DNA of 64,000 nucleotides from an uncultured bacterium (GTDB lineage Bacteria; Patescibacteriota; Minisyncoccia; Phycocordibacterales; GWA1-40-21), in the NCBI GenBank assembly GCA_903850545.1, contig CAINLW010000009.1:2311-66310 (forward strand), read 5' to 3'. This document shows, one piece after another, positions 9,182 through 19,712 of this stretch (positions are counted from its first letter, which is position 1; every line of letters begins with the position of its first letter). The translations under genes and the position numbers were made by a program. The notes beneath the pieces were generated by a model that was not told where the DNA came from, did no database searches, and saw nothing but the letters and a program-made list of their open reading frames with translations.

Positions 9182-9817
9182 CTAGCACCCGAAAATTTTG
9201 AGACAAAGTAAAATGATTCCAATAATAACCAAAATAATAAGTAAAAAATGAATAAAAGACAGTAGGTGATTTGAATGGTAATCGTTTCTGTTCCAAACAA
9301 TGTTCATATAAATATTATATTTTTTATACAAAGATATCGGAAGTCCAGCATTAATGGCTTTATCGATTGTATCTTGAGTTCCAAAGCTATTATTTATTTG
9401 AAAAGCAAACACTTCATCTGAAATTTTCACCTCTTCTGTGTTACGAAGCAAATATTCTTTATCATCAATGATGGTGTCGTTTTGTATTTGTATAACTGCG
9501 CTTGGATTTACATCAATTATTTTTACTAAAAGTTTCTCAAGGTTATTAATGATTTCATCAGTAATAGGTTTTTTACACCAATTTGTGCGGTAATTAATTA
9601 TATAATTGTTTAAAAAAGCCGGAATGATTACTTTCAATCTTGATGCATCTGGAAAAAGTTTCATTGCTTCATCTATAGCAAAAAAATCCACACCAGTTGT
9701 TCCACCGGTAACAATTCCATCACCATGAGAAAGAACTTCTCGAGTCGCAGTGCGAACATCATTTTCAACTTCTTTGTTAATAGTTCTCCATGATCCTGTA
9801 AACAAAATCCATTTCAT
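9182..9817 (-). CDS. Rossmann-fold protein with a GG..GVD motif (SLOG/DprA-like), tentative
   Basis: ILFTGSW..HGDGIVTGGTTGVDFFAIDEAM is reminiscent of DprA/Smf and SLOG-family nucleotide-binding domains. Confidence 0.3.
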   Translation of the reverse strand: MKWILFTGSWRTINKEVENDVRTATREVLSHGDGIVTGGTTGVDFFAIDEAMKLFPDASRLKVIIPAFLNNYIINYRTNWCKKPITDEIINNLEKLLVKIIDVNPSAVIQIQNDTIIDDKEYLLRNTEEVKISDEVFAFQINNSFGTQDTIDKAINAGLPISLYKKYNIYMNIVWNRNDYHSNHLLSFIHFLLIILVIIGIILLCLKIFGC

Positions 9818-9844
9818 AATGTTTATATCTAATGTATAAAAAAA

Positions 9845-10201
9845 CTATTTTTTATATTCTTTAACTTTTGCTTTTAATAATTTCACAGCGGAGTCATTTT
9901 TAAGTTTATTGCTTTCTAATAATCCATTGGCCAATCCTAAATAGTAATCTCTCATGTTATATTCATTTCCTTCAGCGGTTTTAACAACACTAGAATTATT
10001 AATATTCATAATGAGAAAAAGAACAGTTTCCATATCACTTTGATTTTCAGAGAGTTTTTTAAGCTCAATCCGTCTAATTTTTATTTCTTCTGATTCAGGG
10101 TTACTGCTATCTAAATTTGAAATGTTGTTTTCTGACATACAGTAAGTATAGCATGATTTAAATATATTTTGTGGATAATAAACTACCTCGGTGTAGAGCA
10201 C
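9845..10201 (-). CDS. Hypothetical protein
   Basis: 118-aa ORF. No recognisable motif. Confidence 0.35.
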   Translation of the reverse strand: MLYTEVVYYPQNIFKSCYTYCMSENNISNLDSSNPESEEIKIRRIELKKLSENQSDMETVLFLIMNINNSSVVKTAEGNEYNMRDYYLGLANGLLESNKLKNDSAVKLLKAKVKEYKK

Positions 10202-10336
10202 ACGAGGTATTCGTCATAATACTTCTGTCTTTGCGAGCGAAGCGTGGCAATCCAGGTTTGTACTGTATGTAGTTCTGGATTGCTTCGCTTCGCTCGCAAA
10301 GACGAAATACAAAACATTAACCGATGCAGAGCATCG
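10195..10336. repeat. Dispersed hairpin repeat, copy A
   Basis: agagcacacgaggtatt..gtctttgcgagcgaagcgtggcaatccag (10227-10255) / ctggattgcttcgcttcgctcgcaaagac (10275-10303)..accgatgcagagcatcg. A second near-identical copy sits at 42810-42950. Confidence 0.7.
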
Positions 10337-10372
10337 AGTAATATTAGGATTTAATCTACAAGATGTCTTTAC

Positions 10373-11206
10373 TTAATACATTAACAAGATTAAGCCCGCT
10401 ACCACAAAAGCAAATGAAACAATTTTTATTAATATATGCTTCTCGTGAAAAAATTTATTCCCGGATACAATAGAAGCAAGTACGGATGTTCCACGTTTAG
10501 CTCCGGTGATTACTGACGTTGGTGCGTATAGATAAGCCATACTCATAAAAACAGCAGCAAAACCTCTAGAAACTGATTGTAATAGAAACTTTTTATTAAA
10601 AACAAATCGAAGTGGATTTTCTTTAGATTTCCAAAAGGCCATTATAAAGAGAGCAACTAATAAAATTGAAATTTCTAGGAATTGTTGAGCTTCTACTGAA
10701 TTATAATTGGTAATTAGATATTTAAAGATTGAAATTGTAGCAACTGCATTAAAAGTACTAAACCATACGTATCTTATTCCTTTTTTACTTAGTCCATGAT
10801 TAATAAATAAAAATATAAGACTCAAAACAATAAAGCTTATTCCAATTAAATTAATAAATGATATTGAATATCCTAGAAAAATATCAACTACCAAAAGAAG
10901 GGGAATTGTACCAACCATCAAAAAACCGAATGTACTACGATCAGCTTCTGCAATAGCATGTAAAGAAGAATATATTTGAGCCCCATCTAACAATAATAGT
11001 AAAGTAAACAAGGGGATAGAAGCAGGATCAAAAATAAAATGACCTTTTATTAAAATAATGCACAAAAAAATAATTGCACCCCAAAAATAATTAAGGAATC
11101 CAAGTGTGTACAGACTCTCGATTTTATGATTTACATTCCATTTCCCGGCTGAAGATGAAACTTCATCAAGAATTGTTCCAATAACAACTAAAATTATTCC
11201 AAACAT
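10373..11206 (-). CDS. Multi-pass membrane protein, unknown function
   Basis: 277 aa. Repeated hydrophobic segments throughout. Confidence 0.45.
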   Translation of the reverse strand: MFGIILVVIGTILDEVSSSAGKWNVNHKIESLYTLGFLNYFWGAIIFLCIILIKGHFIFDPASIPLFTLLLLLDGAQIYSSLHAIAEADRSTFGFLMVGTIPLLLVVDIFLGYSISFINLIGISFIVLSLIFLFINHGLSKKGIRYVWFSTFNAVATISIFKYLITNYNSVEAQQFLEISILLVALFIMAFWKSKENPLRFVFNKKFLLQSVSRGFAAVFMSMAYLYAPTSVITGAKRGTSVLASIVSGNKFFHEKHILIKIVSFAFVVAGLILLMY

Positions 11207-11275
11207 ATCCTAGATTATACTATATATTTGAATATATGCTAAAATTTAACTGTAAATAGTTAATAAATATATTAG

Positions 11276-11839
11276 ATGAAAAGAAATATTAAATTAAATA
11301 ACGAAAATGTCCAATATCTTTTAAAAGAAAGCAAGTGCTCTCGAAGAATGAAACTCGCGGTGTATTGTGATGGAAGTTTTGTTGTAACAACTCCAAAAAA
11401 TATTGATCAGGGAGTAGTTGAAAAGTTTATTGTGGAAAAATCTCATTGGGTATTAGATAGATTAAGTTTTTTTAAAAATTCGAAAAAAATATTTTTTCCC
11501 AAAAGTACTAAAACTGAGTATACGAAACACAAACATACAGCAAAACAAATTGTTCAGCAAAAAATTGAAAAACTCAATTTAATATATAATTTTAAATTTA
11601 ATCGTGTAAGTATTAAAAATCAAAAAACTCGATGGGGAAGTTGTTCAAGTAAAGGCAACTTAAATTTTAATTATAAAATCGCATTAATTCCGGAAAATAT
11701 CGCGGAATATATCGTCGCTCATGAGCTTTGTCATCTTTATGAATTCAATCATTCACCAAAATTTTGGAGCTTAGTTGCAAAAACTATTCCAGATTATTTG
11801 AGTCTTAAGAAAAAACTAAAATCTTGTAGTTTTTATTAG
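11276..11839 (+). CDS. YgjP-like metal-dependent hydrolase (M48/DUF45 family)
   Basis: HExxH motif within IVAHELCHLYEFNHSPKFW near the C-terminus. Confidence 0.55.
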   Translation: MKRNIKLNNENVQYLLKESKCSRRMKLAVYCDGSFVVTTPKNIDQGVVEKFIVEKSHWVLDRLSFFKNSKKIFFPKSTKTEYTKHKHTAKQIVQQKIEKLNLIYNFKFNRVSIKNQKTRWGSCSSKGNLNFNYKIALIPENIAEYIVAHELCHLYEFNHSPKFWSLVAKTIPDYLSLKKKLKSCSFY

Positions 11840-13119
11840 GCTAAGTGCTTATTTTCCATTATTTGTTCAATAGAACTTCCTTTTTCATAAAACACCAAAT
11901 CACTGTTGTTATTTTTCCACATATTTTGTATCTCATCCAAAATTCTCCAGGTTTGTATTATTTCTTCGCTTGATGTAAATAGATTGTGGTCAGAGTTTAT
12001 CGCATTAAATAATACTTGTTCATATGCGTTTGGTAATTCTCCGTAGTATTCTTTAAACAAAAAATGAAGTTTGTGTTTACTGACCTGATGTTCGAGTCCT
12101 GGCTTTTTAGCCCATATACTAAACTCAATTCCAGCATCGGGCTGAACTCGCAATTGTAATTCATTTGATTCGTTTTCATCATCTTTTTTGTAACGGATTT
12201 TTATTACAGTAAATTCTTCTTTTAATGCTTTTCCAGTAGTTAATGTAATTGGAATACCCGCCAGTTTGCTGTCATTCGATTGTAGGTTTATGGAAACGAA
12301 AGTTTCAATCATACTTTTGAGATTGTTCACTTCGTTTCGATATCCTTTGTATTGGGCACGTTTTACGCATTCCTCATTTTTTATATTACATACAATATTG
12401 AGTTGTTTTAATGCTTGTAGACGACATTTTGGCACATCGTCAAGATTTTTTGGTAAATCCATTAATGCTAGCGACGCCAATTGTAAAAGATGACTTTGCA
12501 CTACATCACGCAGTGCGCCGGTTTGTTCATAAAAATTTACACGTCCTTCTATATCAATTTTTTCGCTAACTGTAATCTCTATGCTCTCAATAAAATCTTT
12601 ATTCCACGTTTTTTTGAATAATGAATTACCATTACGAAAAACGATCAAGTTCTGAGATATTTCCTTTGCCATATAATGGTCTACTCTATAAACTTGTTCA
12701 GATGAAAAATACTTATCTACATGTTTAACGAGGTCTTTAGCACTTGATAAATTGGTACCGAAAGGTTTTTCTAACAAAAGTTTATTGTTATTGTGTTTAA
12801 TTAAACTTGATTTACCGATAAGCTCAATTATATCCTTACATGCTTCGGGAGGAACGGCTAAATAAAATATTCTTTGAGTTGGTTCTTTAAATTCTTTTTC
12901 TATTTCATTCAAGTAGACATTTAATCTTTCGTAGTCTTCTTTGTCTGTAATGTCCATTTGAAAATAATCTGAATTTTTTTGGCGAGTCACACCAACAATT
13001 TGAAACTTGTTTGGAAGCATACCAGTTTTTGCAATGGCGTTAATTGCAGGCAAAAGATACCTCTGTGCCAAATCACCAGATACGCCAAAAATTATAAAAA
13101 TTGTAGGGATTTTGTTCAT
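11836..13119 (-). CDS. zwf: Glucose-6-phosphate 1-dehydrogenase
   Basis: N-terminal IFGVSGDLAQRYLLPA NADP-binding motif. RVDHYMAKE (the RIDHYLGKE motif). Confidence 0.8.
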   Translation of the reverse strand: MNKIPTIFIIFGVSGDLAQRYLLPAINAIAKTGMLPNKFQIVGVTRQKNSDYFQMDITDKEDYERLNVYLNEIEKEFKEPTQRIFYLAVPPEACKDIIELIGKSSLIKHNNNKLLLEKPFGTNLSSAKDLVKHVDKYFSSEQVYRVDHYMAKEISQNLIVFRNGNSLFKKTWNKDFIESIEITVSEKIDIEGRVNFYEQTGALRDVVQSHLLQLASLALMDLPKNLDDVPKCRLQALKQLNIVCNIKNEECVKRAQYKGYRNEVNNLKSMIETFVSINLQSNDSKLAGIPITLTTGKALKEEFTVIKIRYKKDDENESNELQLRVQPDAGIEFSIWAKKPGLEHQVSKHKLHFLFKEYYGELPNAYEQVLFNAINSDHNLFTSSEEIIQTWRILDEIQNMWKNNNSDLVFYEKGSSIEQIMENKHLA

Positions 13120-13234
13120 CCCAGTAGTAAAATTTTTAAGCTACTAATATTTATTTTTTTTATCATGATATATTCTAATATTATTACACAGTTGTTTATG
13201 TATTACTAGTTCGTAATTTACTACGGGACAAGTA

Positions 13235-14140
13235 TTAGTTTTTGTTTATTTTATGTCCACCAAAAGCATTGCGCATTGCAGCCAACAATTTGGTGGCAAA
13301 ATTAATTTTGCCTTTTTGAGATTTTACTCTCACATCAAATGCTGATTGCATGGCCGGTGTTTCAATTTTCAAACTTTTTGCTAGTTCAAGTGCCCAGCGA
13401 GCTTCTCCAGACTCAGCTACGAATCCTTCAACTCCTTTTAGGTTCGGATTTTCTTTCAAAACATCGCGACAAAGCTCATTGAGCCAAGAAGTTACAACAC
13501 TGTGATGTTGCCAAACGTCTCCCGCAGCAGCCAAATCGATATTTTTGTATGGCCCTTCTTTCAAAATTCTGTATCCTTCGGCCAATGACTCCATCATTCC
13601 GTATTCTATTGCGTTGTGTGTCATTTTAACAAAATGACCGGCACCACTTTCTCCAAAATGAAAATATGCACCTTCTGGTAAAGATAGTGTTTTTAAAACC
13701 GGTTCTATTATTTTATAAGATTTTTTATCACCGCCTGCCATCATTGAAAAACCATTTTTGTAGCCCCAAATTCCGCCACTGGTTCCAACATCCAAATAAT
13801 TTATTCCGAAAGAGGTTACTTTTTTTGCTCTCTTTTGTGTAAGTCGAAAATCTGAATTGCCTCCATCAATTATAATACTATTCTTTGGCAACAATTTTAT
13901 TAAGGTGTCTAATTCATTATCTACAGCCTCGGCTGGAATCATTAGCCAAATAATTATTCGATCTTTTTTAAATAACTTTACAATATCTTCTTTGGTATAA
14001 GCCGGTGTCATTCCCAAAGTAGCCATTTCGTCAATCGAATTTCGACTCCTATTATGAACTATAACCTTATGTTTTCCTTCATGAAGTTTTTTTGCGATCT
14101 GCATTCCCATTTTACCTAAACCAAAAATTGCTATTTTCAT
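13235..14140 (-). CDS. gnd: 6-phosphogluconate dehydrogenase, short NAD(P)-binding form
   Basis: MKIAIFGLGKMGMQIAKKL..HNRS Rossmann N-terminus. About 300-aa 6PGDH-like layout. Adjacent to zwf. Confidence 0.65.
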   Translation of the reverse strand: MKIAIFGLGKMGMQIAKKLHEGKHKVIVHNRSRNSIDEMATLGMTPAYTKEDIVKLFKKDRIIIWLMIPAEAVDNELDTLIKLLPKNSIIIDGGNSDFRLTQKRAKKVTSFGINYLDVGTSGGIWGYKNGFSMMAGGDKKSYKIIEPVLKTLSLPEGAYFHFGESGAGHFVKMTHNAIEYGMMESLAEGYRILKEGPYKNIDLAAAGDVWQHHSVVTSWLNELCRDVLKENPNLKGVEGFVAESGEARWALELAKSLKIETPAMQSAFDVRVKSQKGKINFATKLLAAMRNAFGGHKINKN

Positions 14141-14142
14141 AA

Positions 14143-14793
14143 TTATTTATTAGTAAATATTGTTAATAATGGTACTTTTTTTAAAACTTGTGATGGTTGT
14201 TCTCTAATACTAATCTCTTTTTGCAAATTTTCAAGCACATTTGGCTTGTTCTGCATCCAAACCACCGCTTCGTCCAGCTTTTCTATTGCATAACATGTCA
14301 AAGTAATTCGAGAAAATTTTGGAGTATCATAATTACAAACAAAATTTTTATCATCAACTGCAATACTTCCTGGTAAGATTCCTGCTGTGTGTCCATCTTC
14401 GCCGATACCAAACAAACCAATTTTGTAATCTGCTGTAGCAAATTCATGTTTAATAATTTTATTAAAATTTTTGGTTGTCGTTTTTTTATCTTTATCAATC
14501 AATACAGGAATAATTTTTGAGTAGGGAAGGACAAATCCATTTTTTATAAGCTGAAAATAATTTGAATCAGGATGATTTATATGGCCATATCTTTCATCGG
14601 TGAGTGTAACCTTTAAATTATTATGTAAGTGTCCTCTCAAAAGTTCCGCTACTTTTATTCCAACAGAAATTGCTGAGCCACCCGCAACAAAAAACAATAC
14701 ATTTTTACCAATTTTTAGTTGATTTAATATAGAAGCTGTAATAAATTTTGCAGTTGTTTCTGGTTTGCTTGTTTTTTTTATTTTAAAACTCAT
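14143..14793 (-). CDS. pgl: 6-phosphogluconolactonase / glucosamine-6-P isomerase family, tentative
   Basis: 216 aa. VLFFVAGGSAISV segment. Position immediately upstream of gnd-zwf in the same orientation. Confidence 0.45.
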   Translation of the reverse strand: MSFKIKKTSKPETTAKFITASILNQLKIGKNVLFFVAGGSAISVGIKVAELLRGHLHNNLKVTLTDERYGHINHPDSNYFQLIKNGFVLPYSKIIPVLIDKDKKTTTKNFNKIIKHEFATADYKIGLFGIGEDGHTAGILPGSIAVDDKNFVCNYDTPKFSRITLTCYAIEKLDEAVVWMQNKPNVLENLQKEISIREQPSQVLKKVPLLTIFTNK

Positions 14794-14938
14794 GTGTTAA
14801 ATTTTTTATGTAAAAAAATTATTTTTAAATAATACTACAAAATACTAATATTAACTAATTAATTATTTATAAATAGATAGTAATACATTATCGCTTGAAT
14901 TAATTTGGTTTTTCTAGTATTCTTCATGAGTCAAACAT

Positions 14939-15012
14939 TGGGGGATCGTCTAATGGTAGGACGCGTGCCTTTGGCGCATGCAATCGGGGTTCGAGTCCCT
15001 GTCCCCCAGCCA
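14939..15012 (+). tRNA. tRNA-Gln (anticodon TTG), CCA encoded
   Basis: Acceptor TGGGGGA/TCCCCCA. D-arm GTCT-AATGGTA-GGAC. Anticodon stem CGTGC/GCATG with loop CTTTGGC. T-arm CGGGG-TTCGAGT-CCCTG. Discriminator G + CCA. Confidence 0.75.
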
Positions 15013-15086
15013 ACAAGTGATAGGTTCTCTCGCACGAGTTGCGTCGAACTATTTTTTTACAATAAAGAAGATAATAAAACCTAATT

Positions 15087-15740
15087 ATGAATGAAAACCA
15101 AATTAATACAGGTCTCTCTTTGTCCGAAATCAAAAAGATTATTATTCATGATACAAACGAACCATTGGTTGAGATTATTGAAAATGAAAAAATAAAACTT
15201 CTAAAAGAACATAAATTTTTATCTCCATATTTGAGAAAATCGGCGAACGATCTGCTTATTGAAGCATCAAGAAACTTACCCGCTACATATAAATTTCTAA
15301 TTGTGACTGCATATCGTCCACTATGGATGCAAAAAATACTTTGGAGAAATAGATTGATACAGATGGCGAAGAAATATCCTTTTAAAATGATTTTTCAATA
15401 TCCTAAATGGAAAAAGATGGCATCTAGATACACAGCTCCTCCTGGTGGATCACCTCATCAATTTGGCGGAGCGGTGGATCTGACAATAATTAACGCCAAG
15501 GGAGAAAAACTTGATATGGGTACAACACTTACCGATTTTGGAGAACGAGTAAGTACTCATAGTAATTTAATTACAGACAAACAAAAAGAAAATCGCAAAA
15601 TTCTTTATGATGCAATGACAAAAGCCGGATTTGTAAATTATCCACTTGAATGGTGGCACTATTCCTATGGAGATAGAACGTGGGCAGCATATACAAAACA
15701 AAAAGAGTGTTTTTATGGGAGAATAGAATCCACTGACTAA
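15087..15740 (+). CDS. D-Ala-D-Ala dipeptidase (VanX-like, peptidase M15D)
   Basis: APPGGSPHQFGGAVDLTI zinc-binding signature. Confidence 0.55.
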   Translation: MNENQINTGLSLSEIKKIIIHDTNEPLVEIIENEKIKLLKEHKFLSPYLRKSANDLLIEASRNLPATYKFLIVTAYRPLWMQKILWRNRLIQMAKKYPFKMIFQYPKWKKMASRYTAPPGGSPHQFGGAVDLTIINAKGEKLDMGTTLTDFGERVSTHSNLITDKQKENRKILYDAMTKAGFVNYPLEWWHYSYGDRTWAAYTKQKECFYGRIESTD

Positions 15741-15757
15741 ACAGATTTTAATGTTCA

Positions 15758-16222
15758 TTGTTTAGATTAAACTATTCAATAATGAGAAATCAAACTATAG
15801 CAAAATTAATAAATAAACTTTATCGAGTATATTGGTTTATCACTCATCCCAAAACAAAAGGTGTTAAAGCCCTTATATTCAACCAAGATAAAATTCTTAT
15901 GGTACGTCTTACATATTATCCAAATACATGGACTTTTCCTGGAGGAGGTGTTAATAAGAAAGAAAATACTATCGATGCAATTATTCGCGAATGTAAGGAA
16001 GAAGTTGGTATTACATTAAAGCATCCGGAATATATTGGAGATCTTCATTTTGAACATGAATATAAAAAAGATACCGTTTCTGTATTTAAAGAAACAATAG
16101 ATGGGCCTGAAATAAAAATTGATGGAAAAGAGGTTGCCGAAGCAAATTGGTATGAGTTAGACAAACTTCCTGTTATGGGTAAGAACGCCAGGACTATACT
16201 TAATATTGTATTAAATAAATGA
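15758..16222 (+). CDS. Nudix hydrolase
   Basis: Canonical Nudix box GGGVNKKENTIDAIIRECKEEVGI (Gx5Ex7REUxEExGU intact). Confidence 0.7.
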   Translation: MFRLNYSIMRNQTIAKLINKLYRVYWFITHPKTKGVKALIFNQDKILMVRLTYYPNTWTFPGGGVNKKENTIDAIIRECKEEVGITLKHPEYIGDLHFEHEYKKDTVSVFKETIDGPEIKIDGKEVAEANWYELDKLPVMGKNARTILNIVLNK

Positions 16223-16234
16223 TAATATAAGAAT

Positions 16235-16558
16235 ATGAAATCAAAAAATGTAAAAATTGTTGTTTTTGTTCCAGAAACTCACTCAGACATAGTTAGAAAA
16301 GCTATGGGAGATGCTGGTGCGGGGAAAATAGGAAATTACAGTCATTGCTCTTTTTCTTCAAAGGGACAAGGAAGATTCTTACCATTGAAAGGATCAAACC
16401 CTTCAATTGGAAAGGTTGGGACATCAGAAGTTGTGGATGAAGAAAGAATAGAGTTTGTTTGTGAAGAGAAAAATCTAAAAAATATTGTTTCTGCAATGAA
16501 AGAATCCCATCCTTATGAAGAGGTAGCTTTTGACATTTATCCACTACTAAATATATAA
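16235..16558 (+). CDS. Nif3/DUF34-like C-terminal domain protein, tentative
   Basis: GAGKIGNYSHCSF..GQGRFLPLKGSNPSIG resembles the C-terminal module of NIF3-family proteins. Confidence 0.3.
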   Translation: MKSKNVKIVVFVPETHSDIVRKAMGDAGAGKIGNYSHCSFSSKGQGRFLPLKGSNPSIGKVGTSEVVDEERIEFVCEEKNLKNIVSAMKESHPYEEVAFDIYPLLNI

Positions 16559-16564
16559 AATAAT

Positions 16565-17119
16565 ATGAAAACCAAGTATATTTTACATGGAGGATTTACT
16601 CCCAAAAACAAAAATGAAAATAATGAGGATTTTTACAAGGAAATTTTAAAGGATGCTCCCGAAGGGGCTAAGATTTTAATAGTTCCATTTGCAAAAGACA
16701 TCGACCGAATTCCTGTTAGTGTCGCAAGAGTTACGGCTGAATTTAATAAAAATAAGTGGCAAGAAAAATTTGATTTTGAAGTAGCAAATGAAGAATCTTT
16801 TATAAAACAAATAGAATCATCCAATGTTATTTATTTCCAAGGTGGAAAAACTTTAAAATTACTTGAGGTTCTTAAAAAGTTTTCTAATTTAAAAAAGATG
16901 TTTGAAGGAAAGATAATTGCTGGTGAATCAGCAGGGGCAAATGTTTTGGGAAAGTTTTTCTATAGTCCAAGCGCTAATGGTGTATTTGAAGGACTGGGTC
17001 TTCTTCCAATTAAAGTCATCCCTCACTATTCTTTAAAATATAGAGATGTATTTAAAGATACGGGATCAGATTTGGACTGCTTGTATCTTAAAGAGTACCA
17101 GTATAAAGTCTTTAAATAA
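16565..17119 (+). CDS. Peptidase S51 / peptidase E-like class-I glutamine amidotransferase-fold protein
   Basis: IYFQGGKTLKLL and IIAGESAGANVLG segments typical of the S51 family. Confidence 0.5.
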   Translation: MKTKYILHGGFTPKNKNENNEDFYKEILKDAPEGAKILIVPFAKDIDRIPVSVARVTAEFNKNKWQEKFDFEVANEESFIKQIESSNVIYFQGGKTLKLLEVLKKFSNLKKMFEGKIIAGESAGANVLGKFFYSPSANGVFEGLGLLPIKVIPHYSLKYRDVFKDTGSDLDCLYLKEYQYKVFK

Positions 17120-17125
17120 AATTAT

Positions 17126-17440
17126 ATGAAAACACTTTTTCAAAAAATCATAAACAAGGAGGAGCCGGCGAAGTTTTTATATGAAGATGACGACTATATT
17201 ATTATTGATAACAAATATCCTAAAGCTCCAATTCATTACCTAATTATTCCTAAAAAACCAATTCATTCTATTTCTGAATCCGTTAATAAAGATAAAGAAA
17301 TCCTAGGAGGACTTTTATTGTTGGCGAGTAGTTTTGCTAAGAAGAAGAAAATCAAAGATTATAAAATAGTTTTTAATTGTGGAAAACATTTACATATTCC
17401 ACATCTACACTTACATTTTCTTGCGGGTGATATAGATTAG
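17126..17440 (+). CDS. HIT-family (histidine triad) nucleotide hydrolase
   Basis: HLHLHF histidine triad at the C-terminus. IIDNKYPKAPIHYLIIPKK. Confidence 0.7.
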   Translation: MKTLFQKIINKEEPAKFLYEDDDYIIIDNKYPKAPIHYLIIPKKPIHSISESVNKDKEILGGLLLLASSFAKKKKIKDYKIVFNCGKHLHIPHLHLHFLAGDID

Positions 17441-18270
17441 TGACTTTTTATTTTCTCCAATTGATTAATAACCATTGTCTTATTATTTTCAAGGACATCT
17501 TTGATATCTTGATATTCCTTATATAATTGGTCGAGTGTAATAACATTCAAATCATAATTAAATTGTATCTGCAGATACTTTTCTTTTGTTATCTCCTTTT
17601 CAAAACTTTTATAAACGAAACCAGAAGCTGGATATAATGTGGTTTTAAAGTTTTTGAAAGCGTAGATTTTAATATTATTAAAAATTTTTAACGAATCAAA
17701 TAACGTCTTATTATATGTATTTGAATTTACAATAAAAACAAAGTATAAATCGTCTTTATGAATTCCTATTTCGCACAAATTAGTTGTTAAGGTAGGAATA
17801 CCAGTTTTTATTAAATTTCCTGAGTCATCAAAATTACCATGAGTTATTAATATATCACTGACAGGATCTCCATTCCTAGCAATCAATTCTCTTAATTTTG
17901 AAAGAAAAATTTTGGTGTCATATGTTTTTATGTTGAGATCCCATGCCACCAGGCCAGATTTTTTTATTTTCGCTTTATAACCAGGATAACTATAATAAAT
18001 CTTTCGTGCATCATCAGCTGAATGAATTGATGGCATGATTTTCTTAAAAGGTATTGCTTTAAACATACTTTCAATAGTTTTAAATTGACGCACTCGCTTT
18101 ACTTCCTTATTTATTCGTTGCTTCCCGCAGACAATAACCAAAACATCTCCCTTTTGGATATTAGTATAACGTATAGTGGCAGCGCGAGTTTCCACCGTTT
18201 TCAATCCATCTTTGATCTCATTAAAATTGTCTTTATCAACTGCACGAAAACGTAATATAATTTTTTTCAT
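17437..18270 (-). CDS. Hypothetical protein, possible ASCH-like N-terminal domain
   Basis: 277 aa. 4-nt overlap with the HIT gene stop. Confidence 0.3.
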   Translation of the reverse strand: MKKIILRFRAVDKDNFNEIKDGLKTVETRAATIRYTNIQKGDVLVIVCGKQRINKEVKRVRQFKTIESMFKAIPFKKIMPSIHSADDARKIYYSYPGYKAKIKKSGLVAWDLNIKTYDTKIFLSKLRELIARNGDPVSDILITHGNFDDSGNLIKTGIPTLTTNLCEIGIHKDDLYFVFIVNSNTYNKTLFDSLKIFNNIKIYAFKNFKTTLYPASGFVYKSFEKEITKEKYLQIQFNYDLNVITLDQLYKEYQDIKDVLENNKTMVINQLEKIKSH

Positions 18271-18303
18271 ATTGGTTACTTTTTATATAGTGTATTTATT
18301 GTT

Positions 18304-18759
18304 TTAATCTGAGATAGATGCAAAAATGCCTCTAAATGATTTACTGAATTCAGCTTGATTAATTTTTATGAGAACATCATTTTTTCCACTTCCGAAGAAC
18401 AGAGAAGGAAGAGAAAGTGTAGAATTATCTGCTATCTGTTTAATCACAGGGTTAATTCCAAAAGGTGACACAGAACCAACACTGTAGCCTGTAAGAGTCA
18501 TTACCTCTGTTGGTTTTGCCATTCGTAATCCTTGCTCTCTCGTAAGAGTTTCAATTTTTGCAATATTTGCTCTTTTGTCTCCAGGTAGGACAACAACAGG
18601 ATTTTTTCCAATGAAAATCAGTGTTTTGATCACCTCTAACGACTCACATTTGCAAGCAATTTGAACATCATGTACTGAATGTACAGCTTGGGTCAAATGG
18701 ATTAATTCAAAATTAATTCCTTTATCTCTTAACTCTTTTATACTGCTTATTTTTTCCAT
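18304..18759 (-). CDS. YbaK/ProX-type aminoacyl-tRNA deacylase
   Basis: GYSVGSVSPFG motif. 151 aa. Confidence 0.5.
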   Translation of the reverse strand: MEKISSIKELRDKGINFELIHLTQAVHSVHDVQIACKCESLEVIKTLIFIGKNPVVVLPGDKRANIAKIETLTREQGLRMAKPTEVMTLTGYSVGSVSPFGINPVIKQIADNSTLSLPSLFFGSGKNDVLIKINQAEFSKSFRGIFASISD

Positions 18760-18900
18760 ATGAATATATTTCTTCTCATTTTACTTATTATGTCCCATGT
18801 ATAAATATATCAGAATATGATTAAAAAATCTTTGTTTTGTTCTGGTTAAAAACATTATTGAAAAATCAGTTTATTCTTAATTAAAATATCTAAAATAAAA

Positions 18901-18934
18901 TTGGGTTCCTATGTCATTCATAGGAACCCAATCT
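18901..18934 (-). terminator. Rho-independent terminator (perfect 13-bp stem) after the DUF1385-like gene
   Basis: ttgggttcctatg-tcattc-ataggaacccaa with an A-rich plus-strand flank (T-run on the minus strand). Confidence 0.6.
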
Positions 18935-18938
18935 GTTG

Positions 18939-19712
18939 TTATGCCAAACTATGATGTTTTGCTACCAGCCGTTCTAGTGCTAACTGTGCAGTCTGCAACT
19001 CGACTTCACCTGGTTCGGTTGTGGTTATCCATTTTTGCAATAACCGGGACATGCCTGATGTTATGGGTATTTTATCCCAGCCTATTAATTTATCTATCCA
19101 CAAAATTGCTTCCATGGATAGTAAATTGACAACTATTGAGTTCACCCCCGAACTTTTGAAGGCGTACTCTGCAATAGTTGTCACTATGATTATAGGCAGG
19201 AATAATCTTCCACCACATTTTTCGTTTACACGGCTCTCTTTCACAATATCCTTCATTCTTACAGACCCAAGACGGTCATATGTGCCGATCGCCTTGTGTT
19301 CTGCACCGTGCCAAGAAGCAACTTCCTGTCGGATATATGTAAAAATGCAAGCATTTATGGTTGCATAAGTGACTAACGAGTCCCACCACCCACTTGATGT
19401 AGGCGCAGAAGCATGATGATGTCCAGGTAGGATGCTTGCTAACATATACAATCCTGCCAAGACTAAACCCCCAAAAACCAAAGTCCTAATTCCTATTTCA
19501 TCAATAAGCATTAGGATTAGTTTGACAGTTTGAGGTATGAAGAACGAACCCTTTTTAGTGATTAGCCGCAGAATAGCCGAATTGCGTTTTACCTCCCACA
19601 GAATACAGTCGGTGAATGGATCGTATTCAGCTGTCGATGTATATTCTTCTGAAAGAATACTTATACTTCTGGATTTGGACATTCCGCCAATAATTCTGAC
19701 TTTTTTCATCAA
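18939..19712 (-). CDS. DUF1385 (YqhQ-like) membrane-associated protein
   Basis: WHGAEHKAIGTYD motif. Hydrophobic segments. Confidence 0.45.
   Translation of the reverse strand: MMKKVRIIGGMSKSRSISILSEEYTSTAEYDPFTDCILWEVKRNSAILRLITKKGSFFIPQTVKLILMLIDEIGIRTLVFGGLVLAGLYMLASILPGHHHASAPTSSGWWDSLVTYATINACIFTYIRQEVASWHGAEHKAIGTYDRLGSVRMKDIVKESRVNEKCGGRLFLPIIIVTTIAEYAFKSSGVNSIVVNLLSMEAILWIDKLIGWDKIPITSGMSRLLQKWITTTEPGEVELQTAQLALERLVAKHHSLA

Noticed and set aside
14924-15133. 69-aa ORF on the minus strand
   Set aside because: Lies antisense across tRNA-Gln. Spurious.
19021-19368. Plus-strand ORFs overlapping the DUF1385-like gene
   Set aside because: Fully embedded in the better-supported minus-strand gene. 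No motifs.
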